A stretch of 64,000 bases of DNA from contig CAVVPN010000004.1 in NCBI GenBank assembly GCA_963750165.1, positions 224,001-288,000 of the forward strand. Direction: 5' to 3'. Position numbers and translations under genes: made by a program. The notes beneath the pieces are model-generated. The model made no database searches and was not told where the DNA came from. It saw nothing but the letters and a program-made list of their open reading frames with translations. This DNA comes from an uncultured Gemmataceae bacterium. GTDB lineage: Bacteria; Planctomycetota; Planctomycetia; Gemmatales; Gemmataceae. Positions 46,459 through 55,119 of this stretch are shown here, in pieces (positions within the stretch are counted from its first letter, which is position 1; each line of letters begins with the position of its first letter).

Positions 46459-48348
46459 TCAGCGCGGCGGTTGCAGCCGGCCCCCGCGCACCTCTTGCAG
46501 GTGCTCGTACAGGATGCGGCGCACCTCCTGCACGGAGCGCGGATGGTGCTGCACGTCCGTGTGGAACGCCGGCACCAGCACCTCCGACGCTGCCCCGTCC
46601 ACGTGGGCACTCGTGTACGGCACCACGCCGTCACTGCTGTCCTTGCCGTGGCCGGTGAGGACGCCGATGATCGAGTGATAGCGGACGCCGGACGGCGCCG
46701 GGCGGTGGGCCAGCAGTTCCAGCGCGGGCGAGCCGGGCGACAGCAGATCGATGCTCGTCGGCAGCTGGTCGGTGTCGCCGCGCATCAGGCCGGGGTTCTC
46801 CTCTCGGGCGTCGCGGGTGGCCGCCAGCAGCCGCTTCGGCAGTTGCACCAGCCGCGACAGCAGCTGCGCCGGCGGCGATGGGCTCAGCGACGAGCCGTGG
46901 TGCGGCGTCGCCAGGAACACCACGCGACGGATGAACGGCTCCTGTTCAAAGTAGAAGATGCGCTGCAGCTCCTCCCGCGTCTCCGGCTGCGCCTTGAGGT
47001 CCACGAACGGCTCCCTGCTGACCAGGCCCCAGAAGTCGTTGCCGCTGTCCTGCGTCAGCAGTTTGCTGACCAGACCGCCCATGCTGTGGCCGACGAACAC
47101 CATCTGATCCAGGGCCGAATCGCGCCGCTGCGGGTCCACGTCGTGCCGCAACCTGTCCAGCGACTGCCGCAGGTCCGCGGCCGTGGCGATGTACGGGTTG
47201 CCGGTCGGATACAGGTAGAACCAGAACTGGAAGTGCTCGCGCAGCACCGGATCGGCCCGCAAATCATTGAACATGGTCGTCCACGTCAGCGGCGACGAGA
47301 ACAGGCCGTGGACCATCACCACCGGAATCTTGCCGGGCTGGTACGGCTCAAACAGATAAATGCCGGTGCGGTGGCGGATGCCGTCGGGCCGCAAAAAGCC
47401 GGTGTACTCGACGCCGTCCAGGTCGCTCTTGCTCAGGAAATAGGCCAGCGGTGTCGTCAGGTCCGTTTCCAGCGGCACGGAGCGGATGCCGACCTGGACG
47501 CTCTGCACCGCCAGCGGGTTGTACAGTTCCAGTTGACCGACGCGGCGCTCGCCCAGTTCGGCGAGGCTGCCCTCAAAGCGGAAGAAGGCGGTAACCGGGA
47601 AGCTGGCCTTGCGCGGGTAGAAGGCATCACCGGGGGCTCTCTGGTCGGTCGCCTGGCGCAGGCCGATGAGCGGGACACCCAGGCCGTAGGTGCGGTGGTG
47701 GTTGGACAGGCCGACGACCTCGTAGTCGGCGCAGAACAGCAGTGGGCCGAACTCCTCGGGCCGCCACAGAAAGTCGTGGTGCTGCACCGAGAGCAGGAAT
47801 TCGCCACCGGCGCAGGGGACGGCGAGCTTCAGGCGCGGGTCGAGCCGGCCGACATGCTGGGCAGCGCGGATGCACTTGGCCAGGCCGTTGTTGTACAGGT
47901 CGCAGGCCAGGCGGAAGCGCGGATCGAAGGCGACTTCAGTCGGGCCAGGGCGGTCGAAGAGGTAATGGTAGGCGTAGCCGGCGCAGAGGTAGTAGAAGGC
48001 GACGGCCTCGCCGTCCTCGCGCTGCTCCAGGTCACGGCCGATCTGGAAGCTGACCTCGGCCAGGGCGAAGAGCAGGTCGGGCTGCGGGTTGGCGACGGCC
48101 AGGCGGTGCAGGCGTTCCTGGGCGGCGCGGCGGTCGCGGCGGTACAGGTTCGCGAGGTCGAGTTGCCGCAAGGTCTGCTGGCTGCGCGCCGACAGCTCGT
48201 CCCTGGAGAAGGCGCTGGCTCGCAGACCGGGGAACAGCGGCGCGTGATCGGTTTCGCGCACGCTGATGCCGCTGCTGCAGCCGGTGAGAGCCAGGCCGAC
48301 AACGCAGAGCGCCAGGAAGCAAGCAGTGAGGGCGGTGCGGCGGGTCAA
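46459..48348 (-). CDS. Alpha/beta-fold hydrolase (lipase/esterase-like), probable lipoprotein
   Basis: Lipobox-like LALTGC; VMVHGL, nucleophile elbow GHSMGG, ATPHHGS, SDGVVPYTSAH. TTG start at 48348 inferred. Confidence 0.85.
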   Translation of the reverse strand: MTRRTALTACFLALCVVGLALTGCSSGISVRETDHAPLFPGLRASAFSRDELSARSQQTLRQLDLANLYRRDRRAAQERLHRLAVANPQPDLLFALAEVSFQIGRDLEQREDGEAVAFYYLCAGYAYHYLFDRPGPTEVAFDPRFRLACDLYNNGLAKCIRAAQHVGRLDPRLKLAVPCAGGEFLLSVQHHDFLWRPEEFGPLLFCADYEVVGLSNHHRTYGLGVPLIGLRQATDQRAPGDAFYPRKASFPVTAFFRFEGSLAELGERRVGQLELYNPLAVQSVQVGIRSVPLETDLTTPLAYFLSKSDLDGVEYTGFLRPDGIRHRTGIYLFEPYQPGKIPVVMVHGLFSSPLTWTTMFNDLRADPVLREHFQFWFYLYPTGNPYIATAADLRQSLDRLRHDVDPQRRDSALDQMVFVGHSMGGLVSKLLTQDSGNDFWGLVSREPFVDLKAQPETREELQRIFYFEQEPFIRRVVFLATPHHGSSLSPSPPAQLLSRLVQLPKRLLAATRDAREENPGLMRGDTDQLPTSIDLLSPGSPALELLAHRPAPSGVRYHSIIGVLTGHGKDSSDGVVPYTSAHVDGAASEVLVPAFHTDVQHHPRSVQEVRRILYEHLQEVRGGRLQPPR

Positions 48349-48546
48349 GGGTAATCCCTCGCGCCAGGAAAGGTCACTGGCCGCGGAGGATAGCGACCGC
48401 GACGGGTCGGTCAAGGCCGGTCGCGCTGCCGGTTGTTGCGAACCGTCCGTGATTTTTTGACCACTGAGCGGTTGACGCGACCATCCGGTGCTGTTAAAAC
48501 CGTGGAAATGCGCCCACACAAAACCAATAACTCTGGGGAGGCGCCC

Positions 48547-48903
48547 ATGTCGCGCGTGCCCGTGCTGGTGGGGATGGTGATTCTGAGCGGGGTGTTGGTG
48601 GTCGGCGCCGGCCAGGTCGGCGGCGACCCGCCGGTGAAGCCCTCCAAGGTGTCGCTCCCGGCGTACTGGTCGAAGGCTGGCGTGGCAGGCGAACAGAAGA
48701 AAAAGATTTTGCAGGTGCGCGCCAAATACCTCGCTGAGATCGACAAGCTCCGCGCCAAGATCGAAGGCATCAAGAAGGAGATGGAGATCGAGTCGGTCAA
48801 GCTCCTGACCGAGGACCAGAAGGCCTATCTCCGCAAACTCGCGGGGGACAAGTTCCCCGAGGCCAAGAAGACGGAGACCAAGAAGCCAGGCGAGAAAAAT
48901 TAA
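48547..48903 (+). CDS. Small secreted Lys/Glu-rich helical protein (Spy/LTXXQ-like tail)
   Basis: ggagg RBS, signal peptide, LPAYWSK...EQKKKI...LLTEDQKAYL. Confidence 0.75.
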   Translation: MSRVPVLVGMVILSGVLVVGAGQVGGDPPVKPSKVSLPAYWSKAGVAGEQKKKILQVRAKYLAEIDKLRAKIEGIKKEMEIESVKLLTEDQKAYLRKLAGDKFPEAKKTETKKPGEKN

Positions 48904-48909
48904 CGCGCA

Positions 48910-48956
48910 CGGCGCCGCCGCGGGATCGGTTCGCTGTCGATCCGCGGCGGCCGCCG
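48910..48956. terminator. GC-rich hairpin between convergent genes
   Basis: gccgccgcgg(g)atcg ... cgatccgcggcggc stem; no clear U-tract. Confidence 0.5.
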
Positions 48957-48960
48957 TTCG

Positions 48961-50391
48961 TCATTTGGCGAGCTTGATCTCTGCCCGGGTGAAGCGCAGG
49001 TTGCGGATGCGACCGGCGTCAATCGTGAAACCGGTAACCTGCTTACCGGCGTCACGACGGAAGTGCAGCGTCACGGGCCCGGCGAGCGGCGCGGAAAATT
49101 TGTCTTCTCCGAGCGGCCGCAGGATCGCCTCTCCCTTGCGGTGTCGCATCACTAACTTGCCGTCCTTGACGGCGACGTGGTAGATCGCCTCCAGTTCCGC
49201 GCTGTAGAAATCCCCAGGAAATGCCTGCTGCTGCTCCGGCGACAGGGTAACCGGGTCGCTCTTCTTTGGCGGTTTTTTCGGCTCCTCCTTCGGCGCCGGT
49301 TTCAGCTTGCCTTCCAGGACCACGTCAGCAACCTTGTGTGCCAGGCCGGTGTTCATGTCCGCCCGGTTGGCCAGCACGATCACCGTGCAGCGCTCCTCCG
49401 GGAAGCGCTGCAGCATGGCCCGGTAGCCGGCGTGGGAGCCGCCGTGAGTGACCGTCTTGAGGCCGCGGTAGCTGCCGTGGACCACGCCGCTGGCGTAGGC
49501 GATTTCCTTGCCGTCGTTGAGTTTGCCCTTCTGCAGCATGGCGGCGATCACGTCCTTGCCGCCCACCCTGGCATCGTAGAAGTTCTGGTCCCAGCGCGCC
49601 AGGTCGTCAACCGTGGTGTACAGGGCAGTGGCGCCGGCCATGTCGTAGGCGAGCAGCGCTTGCTCGTAGCCGCCAGGCAGCTGTGCGGCGTAGGAGGCGG
49701 CGGCGTTCTTGATAATCGCGCGATAACCGCTGCGGAACTGCGTGTCCTTCATGCCGAGCGGCTCGAACAGCTTCTCGCGGGCCAGCGACGGCAGCGATTT
49801 CTTGCCGACACGCTCCGCGATCAACCCCAAGAGCGTGTAACCGGTGTTGCAGTACAGGTGCTCGCTGCCCGGATCAAAATTCAGTTCCTTCTGCCGCTTG
49901 ACCAGCCCCAGGAAGTCGTCGCGGGTGATGACGTCCTCCATGCGCCAGCCCGCCAACATCATCAGCTGCGTTTCTTCGCGCAGGCCGCTGGTGTGGTGCA
50001 GCAGGTGGCGGACGGTGATCTTCTTGCCGAAGTCCGGCAGCTCGGGGACGTGCTGGCGCACATCGTCGTCCAGCGACATCAGGCCGGCGCTGACCAGCAG
50101 GTGAATCAGAAACGCCGTGAACTGCTTGGAAATCGAGCCGATCTGGAAGACCGTTTGCGGCGTGATGGGAATGCCGTGCTCCAGGTTGGCCACGCCGAAG
50201 CCGCGCTTGTAAACGACCTTGCCGTCCTTGACGACAGCCACGACGCAGCCGGGCGCGTCCTTGCGGTCGTACTTGGCGAAGAGTTTGTCCACACGGGTGA
50301 AGTCGATGTCCTGCTGCGCGGCCCGCGGCGCGGACGCCGTGAGCGGCACCCACAGCAGGCACAGGGACATCAGGCGGAAGGGTGAACGCAT
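48961..50391 (-). CDS. Serine hydrolase, beta-lactamase/AmpC-like (D-aminopeptidase-like) family, secreted
   Basis: SxxK (GSISKQF), LLHHTSG, YxN (YCNTGY), HGG; signal peptide. Confidence 0.92.
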   Translation of the reverse strand: MRSPFRLMSLCLLWVPLTASAPRAAQQDIDFTRVDKLFAKYDRKDAPGCVVAVVKDGKVVYKRGFGVANLEHGIPITPQTVFQIGSISKQFTAFLIHLLVSAGLMSLDDDVRQHVPELPDFGKKITVRHLLHHTSGLREETQLMMLAGWRMEDVITRDDFLGLVKRQKELNFDPGSEHLYCNTGYTLLGLIAERVGKKSLPSLAREKLFEPLGMKDTQFRSGYRAIIKNAAASYAAQLPGGYEQALLAYDMAGATALYTTVDDLARWDQNFYDARVGGKDVIAAMLQKGKLNDGKEIAYASGVVHGSYRGLKTVTHGGSHAGYRAMLQRFPEERCTVIVLANRADMNTGLAHKVADVVLEGKLKPAPKEEPKKPPKKSDPVTLSPEQQQAFPGDFYSAELEAIYHVAVKDGKLVMRHRKGEAILRPLGEDKFSAPLAGPVTLHFRRDAGKQVTGFTIDAGRIRNLRFTRAEIKLAK

Positions 50392-50457
50392 ACGAAACTC
50401 CTTCAAGGGGGGCACCGAGCGCCAGGATGGTTCTGGACAGACGGGCGACCTCCCACG

Positions 50458-50997
50458 TCACTTCTTCGGCCGAAACGCCTTCACCACCGCCTCGTGGGTG
50501 GTCAGGTACGGCCCCTCGATCAAATCGACACAATACGGAATCGCCGGGAACACTGCCAGCAGGCAGTCGCGGATGGCGCTCGGCTTGCCCGGCAGGTTCA
50601 CGATCAACGACTGGCCGCGAATTCCCGCGATCTGCCGCGACAGAATGGCGGTCGGCACCACCTTCAGCGACACTGCCCGCATCTGCTCGCCGAAGCCGTC
50701 CAGCAGCTTGTCGCATACCGCCTCGGTCGCCTCCGGCGTGACGTCGCGCCGCGCCGGGCCGGTGCCGCCGGTCGTCACCACCAGGCAGCACTTCTCCTGG
50801 TCGCACAGCTCGCGTAGTGTCGCCTCGATCACCGGCCGCTCGTCCGGGATGAGCCGCGGCACCGGCTCCCACGGACACGACAGGATTTCGGTCAGGCAGT
50901 CGCGGATGGCAGGGCCGCCCAGGTCCTGGTAAACGCCCTGGCTGGCGCGGTCGGAAACGGTCACGATGCCGATGCGAATGGGGGTGGATGTGCTCAT
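50458..50997 (-). CDS. mog: Molybdopterin adenylyltransferase
   Basis: IVTVSDRASQGVYQD, TTGGTGPARRDVTPEAT, LSRQIAGIR, NLPGKP. Confidence 0.95.
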   Translation of the reverse strand: MSTSTPIRIGIVTVSDRASQGVYQDLGGPAIRDCLTEILSCPWEPVPRLIPDERPVIEATLRELCDQEKCCLVVTTGGTGPARRDVTPEATEAVCDKLLDGFGEQMRAVSLKVVPTAILSRQIAGIRGQSLIVNLPGKPSAIRDCLLAVFPAIPYCVDLIEGPYLTTHEAVVKAFRPKK

Positions 50998-51115
50998 GGT
51001 GCCTGGCCATCTCTGCATGGCGGGGCGGCGCGGCGCCCCATGTCCGTCGGGAAACGAAATGCTATCATACTGCGCCAAAGCCACCCATGCCCGCGCCTTT
51101 TCCCGGAGGAACGCC

Positions 51116-52321
51116 ATGCGCACCGTCTGGACCTTTCACAGCGCCGGCCAGCTCATCTTCGGCCGCGACGCCGCCCTGCAGCTCGGCGAGGTCGCCGGGC
51201 GACTCGGCCTCAAGCGCGTCCTGCTCGTCACCGACCCCGTCCTGACGAAATCCGGACTGGCCGAGCGCGTCCGCCAGCCGCTGACCGAAGCCAGCGTGAC
51301 CGTCGAGGTGTTTGACGGCGGTGAACCGGAGCCGTCCATGCGGGCCACCGAGGCGTGCGTGGCACAGGCGCAGCAGTTCCGGCCCGATGGCCTGGTGGCG
51401 CTGGGTGGTGGCAGCAACATGGATCTCGCCAAGGCCGCGGCCACGCTCCTGGGCCATGGCGGTGAGCCGCGCGACTACGTTGGCGATGACAAAATCCCTG
51501 GCCCCATCGCGCCCCTCATCTGCGTGCCGACCACCGCGGGCACCGGTTCGGAAGTGTCCGCCGCCGCGGTGCTCACCGACCAGGACCAGCAGATGAAAGT
51601 CGGCATCCTCAGCAATTATCTGCGGCCGCGCGTCGCCGTTGTCGATCCACTGTTGACCGTCTCCTGCCCGCCGAAGGTCACCGCCGACAGCGGCATCGAC
51701 GCCCTGACGCACGCCATCGAGGCCTACACCGCCGTGGACAACGCCGCCTTTCCGCTGCCGCCGGGTGAGCGCCTCGTCTACCAGGGCAAGCATCCGCTGG
51801 GCGACTGCCTCGCGGAAAAGGCGATCACGCTGATCGGGCAATTCCTGCGGCGCGCGGTCCAGCAGCCGGACGACCTGGAGGCGCGCGACGGCATGGCGTT
51901 GGCGGCGATGCTGGCCGGGCTGGCGTTCTCCAACGTCGGCGTCGCGGTGGTTCACGCGATGGAGTATCCGGTTGGCGGGGCGGTCCACTGCTCGCACGGC
52001 CGCGGCAATGGTCTGCTGTTGCCGTATGTGATGCGTTTCAACCTGTCGGCGCGGCCGGCGGAGTTCGCGGCGGTGGCCAGGCTGCTGGGGGAGGACGTGG
52101 CGGAATTGAAAGAATACCAGGCGGCGGAGCGCGGCGTCGAGGCGGTGGAGAAGTTGCGCAACGACATCGGCATTCCGGGTCGGCTGCGCGACCTGGGCGT
52201 CAAGCCGGAGCAGCTGCGCGGCTTCGCGGAGAAGGCGGCGGCCATCAAGCGCATCCTGCGCGTCAACCCGCGGCCGGTGACGGCGGATGACCTGGAGCGC
52301 ATTTACCAGTCCGCGTTCTGA
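51116..52321 (+). CDS. Iron-containing alcohol dehydrogenase (hydroxyacid-oxoacid transhydrogenase-like)
   Basis: LGGGSNMD, PTTAGTGSE, DALTHAIEAY, HAMEY, HG. Confidence 0.92.
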   Translation: MRTVWTFHSAGQLIFGRDAALQLGEVAGRLGLKRVLLVTDPVLTKSGLAERVRQPLTEASVTVEVFDGGEPEPSMRATEACVAQAQQFRPDGLVALGGGSNMDLAKAAATLLGHGGEPRDYVGDDKIPGPIAPLICVPTTAGTGSEVSAAAVLTDQDQQMKVGILSNYLRPRVAVVDPLLTVSCPPKVTADSGIDALTHAIEAYTAVDNAAFPLPPGERLVYQGKHPLGDCLAEKAITLIGQFLRRAVQQPDDLEARDGMALAAMLAGLAFSNVGVAVVHAMEYPVGGAVHCSHGRGNGLLLPYVMRFNLSARPAEFAAVARLLGEDVAELKEYQAAERGVEAVEKLRNDIGIPGRLRDLGVKPEQLRGFAEKAAAIKRILRVNPRPVTADDLERIYQSAF

Positions 52322-52326
52322 AAAGA

Positions 52327-52425
52327 GGATTCACCACAAAGACACAAAGAGCACAAAGAAGACTGAAGAATTGAATAATGATTCTTCAGTCTTCTTTGTG
52401 CTCTTTGTGTCTTTGTGGTGAATCC
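52327..52425. repeat. Long palindromic REP-like element, copy 3 (perfect 45-bp arms, 9-nt loop)
   Basis: 52327-52371 is the reverse complement of 52381-52425; between convergent ADH and NYN genes. Confidence 0.95.
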
Positions 52426-52433
52426 CTGCTTTG

Positions 52434-53459
52434 TCAGGTGTTGCCCGGCGCCACTTTGGGCAGGTCCAACTCCTCGGCCGCCTCGCCGTAGCGGCCCATG
52501 ACACGGTCAATGTGGTCGTCCGGCTCCGGCGGCACCACGACTTCCCGGCGGGGAGCCGGCCGTGGCGGTTCGCGTTGCGGTTCGCGCTCGCGCCGGCCGC
52601 CCTCGCCCTCGGGCCGCCGCGCCGGGCTGCCCGAGCCGCTGCGCCGTCGCCGGCTCTTGTTCTTGTCCACCGGGGCCGAACCGGCCGTCGGGGCCGGGCT
52701 GTTCATCTCCGAACCGAAGCGCGTCACCACGTAAGTCCGGCTGCGCTTGTCGGTGTCCAGTTCCAGCAGGCCCTGCGCCTGAGCGTCCTCCAGCAGCTCG
52801 CTGAAGGTGCGGTAACCGTGGTACGCCTCGTTGAACGACGGCTTCTTGCGCTTCATCGTGTCCTTGACCATCGAGCCCCAGAGCACTTCCTTGTTCTCGC
52901 GCCGCAGCGCCAGCAGCGACTCCAGCAGCAGTGCGAACGCCTTCTTCTTCGTCTCCGGCAGCTGCGGGTTGACCACCTGCGGCAGCGCCTGGTTGGTGCC
53001 GAGGTCCTCGTAATAGATGAACTCGTCGCAGTTGTCGCGGAGCAGCTCCGACGTGGACTCCTGCATGCCCAGGCCGATGACGCGCTTGCCGTTCTCCTTC
53101 AGCTTGGAGACCAGCGGCGAGAAGTCGGAGTCGCCCGAGACGATGACGAAGGTGTCGATGTGATCCTTGGAGTGGGCCAGGTCCATCGCGTCCACGACCA
53201 GGCGGATGTCCGCGGAATTCTTGCCGCTCTGGGCGCGGCGTGGGATTTCGACCAGTTCGATGGCCGCCTCGTGCAGCGGCGCCGTGTACGAGGCGAAGCG
53301 GCTCCAGTCCGCGTAGGCCTTCTTCGCGACGATCTTGCCCTTCTCCACCAGGCGCTCCAGAACGCGCTCGATGTCGAAGCGGTCGCGGCGGCTCTGGAAG
53401 CCCAGGGCCAGGTTTTCAAAGTCGATGAACACCGCCAGGGCGTTCCCGCCGTTCTGCAT
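52434..53459 (-). CDS. NYN (LabA/DUF88, PIN-like) domain protein with OST-HTH/LOTUS domain
   Basis: FIDFENL, GKNSADIRLVVDAMD, SGDSDFSPL, CDEFIYYE; PSFNEAYHGYRTFSELLE. Confidence 0.92.
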   Translation of the reverse strand: MQNGGNALAVFIDFENLALGFQSRRDRFDIERVLERLVEKGKIVAKKAYADWSRFASYTAPLHEAAIELVEIPRRAQSGKNSADIRLVVDAMDLAHSKDHIDTFVIVSGDSDFSPLVSKLKENGKRVIGLGMQESTSELLRDNCDEFIYYEDLGTNQALPQVVNPQLPETKKKAFALLLESLLALRRENKEVLWGSMVKDTMKRKKPSFNEAYHGYRTFSELLEDAQAQGLLELDTDKRSRTYVVTRFGSEMNSPAPTAGSAPVDKNKSRRRRSGSGSPARRPEGEGGRREREPQREPPRPAPRREVVVPPEPDDHIDRVMGRYGEAAEELDLPKVAPGNT

Positions 53460-53559
53460 AAAACGATCCTCCCCGCAAAAGTTGCCTCAATCCTAGCGGT
53501 TGCGCCGATGCGGGGCAAGACGATCATGAACAGTGGCGCGGTGCGCGACCGCCGGCCGC

Positions 53560-54963
53560 TCATCGCGCCGCGTCGGCCAGCACCGCCGCGACGACGCCCC
53601 CCGCCCAGTCCAGGTCGGCCGCAACGCCCGTCCAGCTGCACTCGAAGACCAGATCGCCGGCCCGCACCAACAGCGTCGTGACCGCTACCGGCGGCGTCCC
53701 CGCGGCGTATTCGATGCGCTTGTCGGTGCGCACGGCCGCGTCGGCGCCGGGCACCGTGGCGGCGCTGGATTTGGCCTCCAGCACGCGGAACCCCAGGCCG
53801 CAGTTGGCGGCGCCGTCGCGCTTGCGCTGCAGCGCCACCACGAACTCGAAGTACAAACCGGCCGCCGCCTTCGTCTGATGGCGGGCGACGCTGACCATGA
53901 CGTACTGGCCGGCGTTGGTCTTGCGCAGCCACACCAGCGACCGGCCCTCGTCCCAGCCAGCCAGCACCTTGTCGGCCTGGGCGCGTTCGCCGAGCAGGGC
54001 CGCCACCTGGCCGACCATGGAGGCGGTCCACGGCTGCTGCATAGCGCTCCACTCCGCCGCCGGCAGGGCTGCCTGCACGCGGGACAGGGCCGCGCCCAGG
54101 TCGCCGCGCGCGCTCGACAACGCCCGCACATAAAGATCGGGCCGCTGCAGCGCGTTCAGCTGCTTCGGCGGCCGGGTGAACGCCAGCTGCTCCGCGTCCT
54201 TGACGCCGCTCTGCTCCAGGTGGTTGAAGAAGGCCAGGCCGTTCACATACGCCCAGTGCCGCTGCCGCAGCGCCTTCTGGCTGGCGGCGCAGGGCCCCGT
54301 CGGTGCCGATCTCCGGGCGCGCAGGTAGCGCTGGGCCAGCAGCGGCGCGTACTGCGCGGTTCCGAGGCGCTGGGCCACCTGCCCGGTCAGCCACTGCGCC
54401 CGGCCCTCGACCAGCGCCTGCAGAGCGTGGTACTCGTCACCGTCGGCCGTGGCCTTGCGGCGGGCTGGCAGGTCGTAGCGCTGTTCCAGCAGCCAGTGGG
54501 CGGTCTCGTGGACGAGCGCCAGTTGCAGAAACGCCGGCTCGGTGACGCCCTTGAGGTCGGCGTCCCAGCCGGCGATGCCCTGGCGGTGCCCCGGCGGTAA
54601 CACGTCGATGACATCGGAGCCCTCGACACGCTCGACAACGGCGGCGCTGACGGCGAGGTAGCGCGCGACCTGCAAGGTGCTGCGGAAGGTGTCGCCGGTC
54701 AGGTGCGGGAACTGCCAGCGCAGATACGCCACCAACTCGGGGTCCGGCCGGGTCAGCAGCTGCTCGGCGGTGGTGCCGCGGAACTGCGGCGTGCGCGGCA
54801 GCTTCGCGCCGAGCACTGCTTCGAGGTGCGGTTGCGCCTGGGTGAACAGCTGGGCCGCCTCCGCGCCGACGGCATCGGCGTTCTGGGCGGACAGCGGGGC
54901 GGCGCCGGCCAGGAGCACGAGCGTGGTTGCGACAAGCCGGCGAAGGTACGTGGAGCGGGACAT
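53560..54963 (-). CDS. Secreted putative zinc metallopeptidase (HExxH...E)
   Basis: Signal peptide; LVHETAHWLLEQ followed by ALVEGRAQW (gluzincin-like third ligand). Confidence 0.65.
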   Translation of the reverse strand: MSRSTYLRRLVATTLVLLAGAAPLSAQNADAVGAEAAQLFTQAQPHLEAVLGAKLPRTPQFRGTTAEQLLTRPDPELVAYLRWQFPHLTGDTFRSTLQVARYLAVSAAVVERVEGSDVIDVLPPGHRQGIAGWDADLKGVTEPAFLQLALVHETAHWLLEQRYDLPARRKATADGDEYHALQALVEGRAQWLTGQVAQRLGTAQYAPLLAQRYLRARRSAPTGPCAASQKALRQRHWAYVNGLAFFNHLEQSGVKDAEQLAFTRPPKQLNALQRPDLYVRALSSARGDLGAALSRVQAALPAAEWSAMQQPWTASMVGQVAALLGERAQADKVLAGWDEGRSLVWLRKTNAGQYVMVSVARHQTKAAAGLYFEFVVALQRKRDGAANCGLGFRVLEAKSSAATVPGADAAVRTDKRIEYAAGTPPVAVTTLLVRAGDLVFECSWTGVAADLDWAGGVVAAVLADAAR

Positions 54964-55076
54964 GCGGCCATCTCCTCCCGATTTGCGTAAATTGCCACTC
55001 ACCCGGTCGGCGACCGAGGGGCGGGATTGAAGCAAAAGTACGGCGGCGGGAAAAGAGCGCTTTTCGACAAAAAATA

Positions 55077-55119
55077 ATTCACCACAGAGCACGCAGAGCG
55101 CAGTGCTCTGCGGTGAAAT
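55077..55119. repeat. Short hairpin variant of the ttcaccacagagcac family
   Basis: ttcaccacagagcac ... gtgctctgcggtgaa immediately after the stop of the FAD oxidoreductase gene. Confidence 0.75.
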
